NCBI RefSeq assembly: GCF_000010625.1
Contig: NC_010296.1
Span: 4,650,001-4,682,000 of the forward strand
Origin: Microcystis aeruginosa NIES-843
GTDB taxonomy: Bacteria; Cyanobacteriota; Cyanobacteriia; Cyanobacteriales; Microcystaceae
Length of the DNA: 32,000 nt
Direction: 5' to 3'
Shown here: piece after piece, positions 1 through 8,284 of the stretch
Layout of the letters: every line of letters begins with the position of its first letter
Numbering within the stretch: the first letter of the stretch is position 1
Made by a program: the position numbers and the translations under genes
Notes under the pieces: generated by a model
What the model saw: the letters and a program-made list of their open reading frames with translations, nothing else
What the model was told of the DNA's origin: nothing
Databases searched by the model: none

Positions 1-687
1 GGAACAGTTAATGATGCGGACCGTGGGTTTCATCTTAGGGAGGGTTTCCCGACCGATGAGATGCTGGGTTTCGGGAGTTTTCGGGACGTGGAGAGTGATA
101 AAATCGGACTCAGCAAAGAGTAATTCCAGATCTACCAAGGTGCAACCGAGTTGATCGGCGCGTTCTTTGGAAATAAAGGGATCGTAGGCGAGAATTTTCA
201 TGCCTAGGGATCTAGCAACGGCGGCGACGTGGGAACCAATTTTACCTAAACCGACGACTCCTAGGTTCTTTTTATAAACTTCTGTGCCGATAAAGCGATT
301 TCTTTCCCATTTATTCGCTTTTACCGACTGATTGGCATCGGGAATATGACGGGAGAGGGATAACATCATGGCCAAGGCGTGTTCGGCAGCGGCGATCGTG
401 TTACCTTCGGGAGAGTTAACGACAATAATACCCTGACGAGTGGCCGCGGGAACATCGATATTATCGACTCCTACCCCTGCGCGGCCGATAATTTGCAGTT
501 TGCTGCCCGCTTCGACGATTTCTTTGGTGACGCGGGTACTGGAACGGAGCATCAGTGCGTCGTATTCGGGGATAATTTGAATGATTTCCTCAGCGGATAG
601 TCCTGTTTTCACGTCCACTTGGGCAACCTGTGACAGAATTTCTACTCCTACCGGATCGATCGAATCGGATACCAGAACTTTGGCCAT
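1..687 (-). CDS. serA: D-3-phosphoglycerate dehydrogenase, N-terminal part (the ORF runs off the left edge)
   Basis: The reverse strand from ATG (687-685) reads MAKVLVSDSIDPVGVEILSQ...QIIGRAGVGVDNIDV...LGVVGLGKIGSHVA...MKPTVRIINCS. This contains the GxGxxG NAD fold of D-isomer 2-hydroxyacid dehydrogenases and a PGDH-type N-terminus. An in-frame stop lies just upstream at 709-711. The ORF is missing from the supplied track because it is open at the window edge. Confidence 0.85.
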   Translation of the reverse strand, partial: MAKVLVSDSIDPVGVEILSQVAQVDVKTGLSAEEIIQIIPEYDALMLRSSTRVTKEIVEAGSKLQIIGRAGVGVDNIDVPAATRQGIIVVNSPEGNTIAAAEHALAMMLSLSRHIPDANQSVKANKWERNRFIGTEVYKKNLGVVGLGKIGSHVAAVARSLGMKILAYDPFISKERADQLGCTLVDLELLFAESDFITLHVPKTPETQHLIGRETLPKMKPTVRIINCS

Positions 688-1009
688 AATCTTTATAACG
701 TGCTTTTTTCAGTCTACGGGCAAATGCTAGACCAATATTCGGGTCTAGCCGCAATAGCCCATTTTAGAAGCAAAGGGTGCAGTCTATGGCAAAATTAGCG
801 AAAAGATTTTAGGTTGTCCTTCTCTTTGTCGTCCATGGTGTTGATGTCAGTCTCTTGCCGTTGTCACTGAGATATGGCTAATTTAATCACGGTGGCGATC
901 GAGTTTTCTGCTTCTTTTTCTAGGGCCTTTTCTAGGGCTGCCATTGCTTCTGTTTGAAAATTTCTAAGTAGCTGGTTATAATTAAATTAAGAATAGATTT
1001 TAGGTTCGA

Positions 1010-1075
1010 TCCCCCCTGCCCCCCTTGATAAGGGGGGTGCCGATAGGCGGGGGTATCCCCCTTAATAAGGAGGCA
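1010..1075. repeat. Pair of C-run/G-run hairpin palindromes (ccccccttgataagggggg and gggggtatcccccttaataaggagg), a small dispersed-repeat type
   Basis: The self-complementary runs can be read directly at 1019-1037 and 1049-1073. The location is intergenic. Confidence 0.5.
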
Positions 1076-1119
1076 TCTGATAATTTTTAACGCCTACCTA
1101 CTTATGATATTCACACAGT

Positions 1120-1158
1120 AGAGAAAAAGCCAAAAACCTCCGTTAAGGATAACGGAGG
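1120..1158 (-). terminator. Rho-independent terminator downstream of ilvB
   Basis: A 9-bp stem cctccgtta/taacggagg (1137-1145 and 1150-1158) has the loop agga. On the minus strand it is followed by tttttggcttttt. It lies 27 nt past the ilvB stop. Confidence 0.7.
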
Positions 1159-1184
1159 CTGGTTAATTAATTAACAATTTTCAG

Positions 1185-3038
1185 CTACAATTTCGCCCCA
1201 CATTCAGGACAGAATTTATTATTCCAACTGTTAACCGCGCCACAACTGGGACAATTGAGCATTTCACAACCCCCGGTGACAATTTTCGGTAAACCAATCA
1301 TACGGGCATTACTTTGACCGGGGGCGACCATGGGATAACAATTTTCATCCTTAGTCACGATCGCATTGACCAAAACCGGACCATCATGGGCCAACATTTC
1401 GGCAATTTTTGCGGCTAATTCCTCTCGATGGCGAATAGTAATGCCTTTAATGCCGTAAGCTTGGGCTAACAGTTCCACATCCGGCATTCCCGCTTCCATA
1501 TTGGAATTAGAATAACGTTCCCCATAGAAAGCTTCTTGCCATTGACGTACCATACCCTGCCAACCATTATTAATAATAATCGTCTTGGCATGAATATTAA
1601 ATTGGGTTAGGGTGGCCAATTCCTGTAGATTCATTTGGAAACTGGAATCACCACTAATACAGATGACCTCCTCATCGGGAATAGCCACCTTTACCCCCAT
1701 CGCAGCCGGTAAACCGAAACCCATCGTCCCCAATCCCGCGCTAGAAATCCAACGTCGGGGTCCATTTTTGAGGAATTGGGCCGCCCACATCTGATGCTGG
1801 CCCACATCGGTGGTATAGTAGGCGTGGGGTGCTTGACGACCCACCTCAACGATCACTTCTTGGGGGGAAAGTCTGCCTTCTGGTCGAGGTACTTGCAGGG
1901 GATAATCTTGTCGCCAGCGCTCGATCTGGGCTAACCAAGCTTGGGTGCGATCGGAATTAGTGGGATAATCAAATTCTCTGGCTTTTTGGAGTATTTGTTC
2001 TAAAACTACCCGCACATCCCCGACAATCGGCACGTCAGGGGCGCGATTTTTGCCCACTTCGGCCGGGTCAATATCCAGATGGATTACCTTAGCTTTCGAG
2101 GCGAATTCGTCCAATTTCCCCGTTACTCGGTCATCAAAACGAGCGCCGACGGCAATTAATAAATCACACTCGGTCACGGCAAAATTAGCGTAGGCGGTGC
2201 CGTGCATTCCTAACATTCCCACCGAGAGGGGATGATGTTCATCAAAAGCACCGATCCCCATTAACGTGGTGGTGACGGGTAACTGAAAACGCTCGGCAAA
2301 CTCGGCAATTTGGGCGTGGGCATTAGCTGCGATCGCACCTCCGCCAACGTAAAGTAAGGGTTTTTCGGCGGTTTCCAAGAGGTGTAAAGCGGCCTCGATT
2401 TGACGGCGATTGCCCTTAACCGTGGGACGATAGCCAGTTAGTTTCACATCTCCCGGTTCGACGGGGATATAATCGCATAGTTCTAAACCGACATCTTTGG
2501 GAATATCGACTAAAACCGGTCCTGGTCGTCCTGTACTGGCGATATGGAAGGCTTCAGCGACGATTCTCGCTACTTCCCGGGCGTTTCTAGCCACATAGGA
2601 ATGTTTAACAATCGGGAGAGTAATACCATAAATATCGGTTTCTTGGAAAGCATCGGAACCGATGGCCGCCCGACTCACCTGACCGGTGATAATTACCATC
2701 GGGATGGAGTCCATGTGTGCGTTAGCGATGCCTGTCACCAAATTGGTCGCCCCGGGGCCGGAAGTACCGAAACAGACCCCCACTTTGCCGGTGGCCCTAG
2801 CGTAGGCATCGGCGGCATGGGCGGCCGCTTGTTCGTGGCGCACTAAAATATGTTGTAATTCTCCCCGCTCTTCAAAGCGGTAGAGTTCGTCATAGATGGG
2901 CAGGATCGCACCTCCGGGATAACCGAAGATGTGCTTAACGCCATGACGTTTGAGACTGTCCATCAAGGCATAAGCCCCAGAACAACGCTGGGGAACCGTT
3001 GTTAAAGAGTCATTGGGCTTGGGAAGTGATGAAACCAC
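1185..3038 (-). CDS. ilvB: Acetolactate synthase (acetohydroxyacid synthase) large subunit, ThDP-dependent, with a C-terminal CxxC...CxxC zinc-ribbon tail
   Basis: The 617-aa ORF has a GTG start. Motifs include [34 protein letters not shown] and [14 protein letters not shown]...GDSSFQMN (ThDP GDG-type motif), all typical of the ALS/AHAS catalytic subunit. The last ~25 aa read [22 protein letters not shown]. Confidence 0.9.
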   Translation of the reverse strand: MVSSLPKPNDSLTTVPQRCSGAYALMDSLKRHGVKHIFGYPGGAILPIYDELYRFEERGELQHILVRHEQAAAHAADAYARATGKVGVCFGTSGPGATNLVTGIANAHMDSIPMVIITGQVSRAAIGSDAFQETDIYGITLPIVKHSYVARNAREVARIVAEAFHIASTGRPGPVLVDIPKDVGLELCDYIPVEPGDVKLTGYRPTVKGNRRQIEAALHLLETAEKPLLYVGGGAIAANAHAQIAEFAERFQLPVTTTLMGIGAFDEHHPLSVGMLGMHGTAYANFAVTECDLLIAVGARFDDRVTGKLDEFASKAKVIHLDIDPAEVGKNRAPDVPIVGDVRVVLEQILQKAREFDYPTNSDRTQAWLAQIERWRQDYPLQVPRPEGRLSPQEVIVEVGRQAPHAYYTTDVGQHQMWAAQFLKNGPRRWISSAGLGTMGFGLPAAMGVKVAIPDEEVICISGDSSFQMNLQELATLTQFNIHAKTIIINNGWQGMVRQWQEAFYGERYSNSNMEAGMPDVELLAQAYGIKGITIRHREELAAKIAEMLAHDGPVLVNAIVTKDENCYPMVAPGQSNARMIGLPKIVTGGCEMLNCPSCGAVNSWNNKFCPECGAKL

Positions 3039-3202
3039 AGGGCAAACCGTCCAATTTCTAACTAGAGGGATAATTGCAATTCTGTTGCCTAGGATGCAAC
3101 TTGAAAAATAGCAAAATTGATAACCTTATACTTTTAGTGTATTCCATCTCACCTTTTTGGCTGCAGTTTTTTTTCTTTTTGCATCTTACCCATGCAATAT
3201 CT

Positions 3203-3375
3203 GGGGAGATGGGGAAGTGGGGAGATGGGGTGATGGGGAAGTGGGGTGTGGGAAGTGGGGTGATGGGGAAGTGGGGTGTGGGAAGTGGGGTGATGGGGAA
3301 GTGGGGTGTGGGGTGTGGGGTGTGGGGTGTGGGGTGTGGGGAGATGGGGTGATGGGGAAGTGGGGTGATGGGGAG
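3203..3375. repeat. G-rich tandem repeat: GGGGTGT heptamers embedded in a ~30-bp higher-order unit gtggggtgatggggaagtggggtgtgggaa
   Basis: The repetition is read directly. It occupies the divergent ilvB/bioD intergenic region and generates three overlapping artefact ORFs in the track. Confidence 0.9.
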
Positions 3376-3430
3376 ATAAGATGATAAATATTGGTGATTT
3401 CACCTGATCTTGACTGAGCTTGGGGGTTTT

Positions 3431-4105
3431 ATGAATAGTCTTTTGATTGCGGCTACGGATACCGACGCGGGTAAAACCGTTGTCACCACTGGTTTAGTGG
3501 CTTATTGGCAAAAATACTATCCCTCCAAGGCCCTGGGGCTGATGAAATTAATGCAAACGGGTCAAGGCGATCGAGAATGGTATGAGGGCTTATTTCAGGG
3601 TCAATTAGAAATGATTACACCGCTGCAATATCAAGCACCCTTAGCGCCTCCTGTGGCTGCTGATTTGGAAGGTCGAGATATTCCTTTGGGGACGGTGTGG
3701 CAAGCTCTGCTGAACCTACAAAAAAGCCAAGATTTGGTTTTAATTGAGGGTTTGGGGGGTTTAGGTTGTCCTGTCACTCACGAGCTAACTTTGGCGGATT
3801 TAGCGGCTCAATGGCGGTTAAAAACCCTTTTGGTGGTGCCGGTGAAATTGGGGGCGATTTCCCAAACGGTGGCTAATATTGCCCTAGCAGAGCAGAAAAA
3901 GGTCAATTTGGGCGGAATTATCCTTAATTGTCTCGAACCGCGCACGGAGACGGAGATAGAGCAGTTAACACCGATCGATTTAATTCAATCCTTGACTAAT
4001 TGTCCGGTTTTAGGTGTTTTTCCCTTTATCGAAGATCGTCGGGATTTGGATAAATTGGCCTCGGTGGTAGCTAGTTGGCCAGAAATTAAGCTGTCAAGCA
4101 TTTAA
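3431..4105 (+). CDS. bioD: Dethiobiotin synthase (ATP-dependent)
   Basis: [22 protein letters not shown] is a P-loop-like GKT motif at the N-terminus, followed by [12 protein letters not shown], both typical of BioD. The track ORF starts at TTG 3410, and I prefer ATG 3431. The last ~6 codons and the stop lie inside a dispersed repeat. Confidence 0.85.
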
Positions 4106-4165
4106 ATTGCTTGTTGAGACGAGGCAAAAGGCACAAGGCAAAAGGCAAAGCTGATTCCCAGCATC
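4086..4165. repeat. Solo copy of the dispersed repeat arm TTAAGCTG..ATTTAAATTGCTTGTTGAGACGAGGCA followed by GGCAAAA-type heptamers
   Basis: The same arm recurs at 28580-28658 and, inverted, at 30219-30279. Here it overlaps the bioD 3' end. Confidence 0.65.
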
Positions 4166-4187
4166 TTTCAATTTGACAACACCCATT

Positions 4188-4348
4188 GTAGGGCTAATTC
4201 ATGAATTAGCCCTACAGGACATCGGGGGGGTAAGGGTAGGGTTAATTCATAGTAGGGTTGATTCATAGTAGGGTTGATTCATCGTAGGGTTAATTCATAG
4301 TAGGGTTGATTCATGAATCAACCCTACAGGACATCGGGGGGGTAAGGG
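4188..4348. repeat. Palindromic and tandem repeat block: two 49-bp direct repeats, each with a 28-bp palindrome of the form gtagggNtNattcatgaatNaNccctac, bracketing about 5 tandem 14-15-bp units tagggtt(a/g)attcat(a/c)g
   Basis: The pattern is read directly. A related palindrome occurs at 16481-16508. Confidence 0.85.
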
Positions 4349-4354
4349 AATAAA

Positions 4355-7300
4355 TTAGGGTAAGTCCAGATATTCTTGTTCTGTTAGGGCAAATTCTGGA
4401 TCAATTATTTTTACTTCATTATAGGTGAGTTGATAGAGTTTGTAAACTAAGTGATCAATCTGCTTTTCTAATTCGCTTGTGTCAGCAGTAGGATCGTCTT
4501 TTTTTGCGGTGAGAATTTTGTCAACAAGTGCAGTGATGTCGATATATTCGTGCTTATATTTAGGAACTGGAAAAGTTGATAGAGTTTTAGTATTTATTTT
4601 TGGAAAAGCATTTCTGTCTAAATTTACATTTTGAGACTTTAGCACAGATGCACAAAGCTTAGAACAAATAATTGCTAAATAAAATTTAACATTTAGCGTG
4701 TTATTTTTGGGCTTTAATGTAATAACATCTGTGTTACAGATTATCGTATCATCTACACAAGTTGCATCTAATGTTTTTCTTGAAAAAATTCTTTGAATTA
4801 ATATTCTTTCACCTTCAAATATTGAAATCGAGCGTGGTGCGGCTAAATTTTCTCCATACTTTACATAGTAGCTATCAGTTTTAAGTCTGTATCTTTGGAT
4901 ATCCCTAGCTCGTAATAATTGAATATAACTATTATCTATTTTTAATTCAGATTCATAAATTCTATTTTTAGCATCATTTTTAGTTTGAGGAGGATTTCCT
5001 TTTCCTATCTCATATAACTTTGCTCCGAATTTCAAATCAAATAAAGAACCTATTTGAGTTTCTGCATTAATTTTAATTTTATCGTTGAATGATATAGTTA
5101 ATTCTTCATCTAAAGCTGAAACAGTAATCTTTTGGTCATAGCTCCAATGAGAAAGCATAACTGCTTCCAATCTTTCATTAATTGTAGAGATATTACGATC
5201 AATACTACAAATATGTATCTCATCATTATTTAGTTCTTTTTTTGAAAACAAAAGTAATGTTTCAACTACTGCACTTTCAAAAATATTATATACATTTACT
5301 ATATTGGTTGTTCGATTTTCTTCAAACAAGAACTTTCTCAATTTTTTGTCATATTTAGTTGTTAACCAATAATTTGGAATTATTAAGCCAAGAAAACCTT
5401 TCTGGTTCAATATTTTTATGCCTAACTCAGTAAATATCCCAAAGGTATTAATTTGATATTCTGTAGTCTTGTAATGTTCATAATATAAAGCTTTCTCTTT
5501 TTCATCTAGATTTTTTGACGGTACATAGGGAGGATTCCCAATCACCACATCAAACCCAACAAAATCGCCGTTATCATTCAACACTTCGGGAAACTCAAAC
5601 CGCCATTCTAAAGCATTATCATACAGCTTACCGCTTTCAATATCTGCAATTTCAGCAGTTAGCTTATCAATCTCATTATTTAACTTAGTTACTTTTTTCT
5701 CCCGCGCTTTTTGCTCCGTCTTAGTCTCCTCAAACAATAAACCCTGATTTTCCAGATTATAAAGCTCCCCTTGTAATTGACGTAACTTCACCTTCTTAGG
5801 ATTACCGATTAATAAATTGGAACTAAAACCAGCCTTAATCTTAGCAATCAGCGTTTCCATCTGCCGCTTTTGTTCCTTATTTTCCGCATTGCGATAAGTC
5901 TGTACCGCATTGCGATATTCCTCAATACTAAACTTCTGCTTCTGTAAAACCTGTTTAACATCCACATCCAACCCAAACCGACTAATCAAAGAATTACCAC
6001 ACTTGATATTAATATCAATATTTGGCAAAGTTTCCAAGTTGCCATCCTCGCGATAATAAGCATTCTTTAAAAGCTCAATCCATAACCGCAACTGACAAAT
6101 CGTCACGGAATTAGGGTTAATATCCACCCCAAATAAACACCCTTCAATAATCGTCTGTTTCTCATGAAATAAGGCTTGCTGTACCCGTTGCTTTTCTTTA
6201 TTATTCGGATGATAAGCAAATAAAGTCCCCTCATCATCATAAACCAATAACTTATCGTTTCGCACCTCTACCCGATAATCTTTTAGCGACTTACCCGAAC
6301 TATCTAATAAAACCCGTAACTCACTCTTAATCGCGATTATCTCATTCAAAGCTGAAACCAAAAAATGTCCTGAACCCACCGCCGGATCGCAAATCTTCAG
6401 GCTATTAATAATAACATTTGCCTCTCTTTTATCCTCAATTCGTTCATATAAATCATCTAAACTTTGACAATTCCAGCCTTTTACTTCATTAAACTTCTGC
6501 ACAATCGCTCTTCGTATCGTTTCCCGACACATATACATGGTAATAAAACTCGGCGTATAAAAAGAACCGTCCTTATAACCATTAATCTTTTCAAAAATTA
6601 ACCCCAACACCGAAGCATTAATTAACTTTTCGCTATCTTCTTGAGGATTTTCTAACTCATCTCGATCGAATTTATAAGCATCCAAAAACTCAAACAAATA
6701 AGCCAACGCATTTAACTCGCCTACTCGCTTATTACCCTGATTATCTTTTAGCACCGTCGCTGTAAAAATGGGTAAAGTTCGCTCCCGCAAATTGCCAATA
6801 AAAATCGTTTGCTTTTCCGTCTCCGTTGGTAGAAATAGCGAACTATTTAAATAAGGTACATGAGCAAAAATCGTTTTAACCTTAGCCTCGCGCTTATTTT
6901 TCTCCTTGGCTAACACATCAAAAAACAAACTATCGAGATCACTATAACTGGGAACTTTCGCCAAATTGAGAAAGGCAAAATCTCGATCGCCTTGATGATA
7001 TTTAATTAACTGCGCTTCCAATAATTTGAGAAACAAAACCCGATTAATCCAATTAATTGATAACCGCAACGCCACATTATACAGCCGTTCCTCATCCGTA
7101 GTTCCAAACTCTTCAGTTAATTTTGAAGTCTTATCTAGACTATCCAACCGACTAATCGCATTTTCAATCAGGGAACCATCACAGCGATCGCCTTCTTTCA
7201 TTCGTCCGATTAACTTCTTCCCTTTACCCTTAATTTCCGTCAAACCAATAATATACAAAAGCTCATTATAAAAAGGCTTATTTAAAGTATTACTGTCATT

Positions 7301-7999
7301 AACAAAAGGTAACTTAAGTAAATGTTCTGGCGAAAGAATCTTGTAAATATCAAGCAAATCTAAATTTTCCAAATCTCGCAGATCAAAATGAGTAAACTTA
7401 ATTTGCTCAATAACTTTAGTGATCGCTGGTTCGGCAATTTGTTGATAGAAAAAATCCGTTTTTGTACTACTCAGTCTCCCTGCTTCAAAATCGCAAAACT
7501 GGTTAACTAGAGCCTTATTAGCAAAAAACAACTCCTCAAAAATCTTCGCATCGAAAATAAACCACTCATAAATATTTGTTACGATCAAGTGTTTAATCTC
7601 AAGATTTTTATCCGTCACCCTTTCGCGGAGAAAATATAAAACTAACTGCTGAAAAGCCTTGGTATTGAGATTATCCAGTCTTGGCATTTCTGCATTTATT
7701 GTCCGAGTAGGCTTCTTCGTCTCAAAAATGACCCCCACTGGACTTTTAACATCCTGGTTATTATGAATCACCAGATCAATGCGCTCTTTTGTATTGATAA
7801 AATAGCGATCAGCATAATAGGTATTTTTCAAAAAATCTATCAGCAAATTTTTATTAAACTCTTCCGACTTTTTGCTGTCACATTGGTCCAACAAGCGCAC
7901 CAAATTAGCTCGAAAAACCTGAATTGTTTCAGCATCAGGCTTGATTTTTAAGTACACCCGATTTAAGGCTTGCTTGAGTTCTCGCTTATTGACAATCAT
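4355..7999 (-). CDS. Type IIG (single-polypeptide) restriction-modification enzyme: N-terminal PD-(D/E)xK nuclease, gamma-class N6-adenine methyltransferase and C-terminal target-recognition region
   Basis: The ORF is 1214 aa and uninterrupted. Motif I is DPAVGSGHFL and motif IV is VVIGNPPYV, as in Eco57I/MmeI-like enzymes. A candidate nuclease motif is IDLVI...VGVIFETKKP (D...ExK) near the N-terminus. The gene is clearly more AT-rich than its neighbours: hand counts of two sampled 60-nt lines give about 28% and 35% GC. Confidence 0.8.
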   Translation of the reverse strand: MIVNKRELKQALNRVYLKIKPDAETIQVFRANLVRLLDQCDSKKSEEFNKNLLIDFLKNTYYADRYFINTKERIDLVIHNNQDVKSPVGVIFETKKPTRTINAEMPRLDNLNTKAFQQLVLYFLRERVTDKNLEIKHLIVTNIYEWFIFDAKIFEELFFANKALVNQFCDFEAGRLSSTKTDFFYQQIAEPAITKVIEQIKFTHFDLRDLENLDLLDIYKILSPEHLLKLPFVNDSNTLNKPFYNELLYIIGLTEIKGKGKKLIGRMKEGDRCDGSLIENAISRLDSLDKTSKLTEEFGTTDEERLYNVALRLSINWINRVLFLKLLEAQLIKYHQGDRDFAFLNLAKVPSYSDLDSLFFDVLAKEKNKREAKVKTIFAHVPYLNSSLFLPTETEKQTIFIGNLRERTLPIFTATVLKDNQGNKRVGELNALAYLFEFLDAYKFDRDELENPQEDSEKLINASVLGLIFEKINGYKDGSFYTPSFITMYMCRETIRRAIVQKFNEVKGWNCQSLDDLYERIEDKREANVIINSLKICDPAVGSGHFLVSALNEIIAIKSELRVLLDSSGKSLKDYRVEVRNDKLLVYDDEGTLFAYHPNNKEKQRVQQALFHEKQTIIEGCLFGVDINPNSVTICQLRLWIELLKNAYYREDGNLETLPNIDINIKCGNSLISRFGLDVDVKQVLQKQKFSIEEYRNAVQTYRNAENKEQKRQMETLIAKIKAGFSSNLLIGNPKKVKLRQLQGELYNLENQGLLFEETKTEQKAREKKVTKLNNEIDKLTAEIADIESGKLYDNALEWRFEFPEVLNDNGDFVGFDVVIGNPPYVPSKNLDEKEKALYYEHYKTTEYQINTFGIFTELGIKILNQKGFLGLIIPNYWLTTKYDKKLRKFLFEENRTTNIVNVYNIFESAVVETLLLFSKKELNNDEIHICSIDRNISTINERLEAVMLSHWSYDQKITVSALDEELTISFNDKIKINAETQIGSLFDLKFGAKLYEIGKGNPPQTKNDAKNRIYESELKIDNSYIQLLRARDIQRYRLKTDSYYVKYGENLAAPRSISIFEGERILIQRIFSRKTLDATCVDDTIICNTDVITLKPKNNTLNVKFYLAIICSKLCASVLKSQNVNLDRNAFPKINTKTLSTFPVPKYKHEYIDITALVDKILTAKKDDPTADTSELEKQIDHLVYKLYQLTYNEVKIIDPEFALTEQEYLDLP

Positions 8000-8092
8000 A
8001 AAAATTTACCTCTAGGGAAACTACCGACTAATTTTATTATAAGTAGGGAGGCACAATTATTTGTAGGATGGGTTAGCGGTAGGACTTAATTA

Positions 8093-8284
8093 GTCGTCGC
8101 CGGCAACTTGTCGAGATGCGGACTGCCGAAAAGAACCGACGGGAACGCGCTCGCGGTAAAGCTCGATATCGAAGTCCATCTTGAGTATCTCGATAACTGC
8201 CTTGAAAAACTCAATCAAGAAATTGAGGAATTGACCCAAGCTAACCAACAATGGCCCGAGAAAGTCATCGAAAATTTTGGGTCT
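8093..8284 (+). pseudogene. IS110-family transposase fragment (central coiled-coil region), 5'-truncated and frameshifted
   Basis: One frame reads RRQLVEMRTAEKNRRERARGKAR. After a frameshift the next frame reads LDIEVHLEYLDNCLEKLNQEIEELTQANQQWPEKVIENFGS. This resembles the region preceding the Transposase_20 domain of IS110-family proteins. No N-terminal DEDD domain is present. Confidence 0.6.

Noticed and set aside
379-600. A 73-aa + strand ORF
   Set aside because: It is antisense to, and wholly inside, the well-supported serA reading frame. The ORFs at 1612-1794 and 2544-2846 (inside ilvB), 7026-7271 and 7763-7951 (inside the RM gene), and 18213-18401, 18816-18998, 21006-21245 and 21246-21464 (inside the flv genes) are rejected for the same reason.
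1001-1020. GGTTCGATCCCC, which resembles a tRNA T-loop or the 3' end of a tRNA (a possible tRNA gene or att remnant)
   Set aside because: No complementary T-stem, acceptor stem or anticodon arm can be drawn in the AT-rich upstream sequence. The C-run belongs to the adjacent C/G-run palindrome repeat.
3074-3403. Three overlapping track ORFs (92, 84 and 75 aa) with GVWGVGC or TPHTPHP-type repetitive translations
   Set aside because: They lie entirely in the GGGGTGT-type tandem repeat. That repeat has no stop codon in several frames on both strands, so these are translation artefacts of a microsatellite. The same applies to 19561-19773 and 29974-30156.
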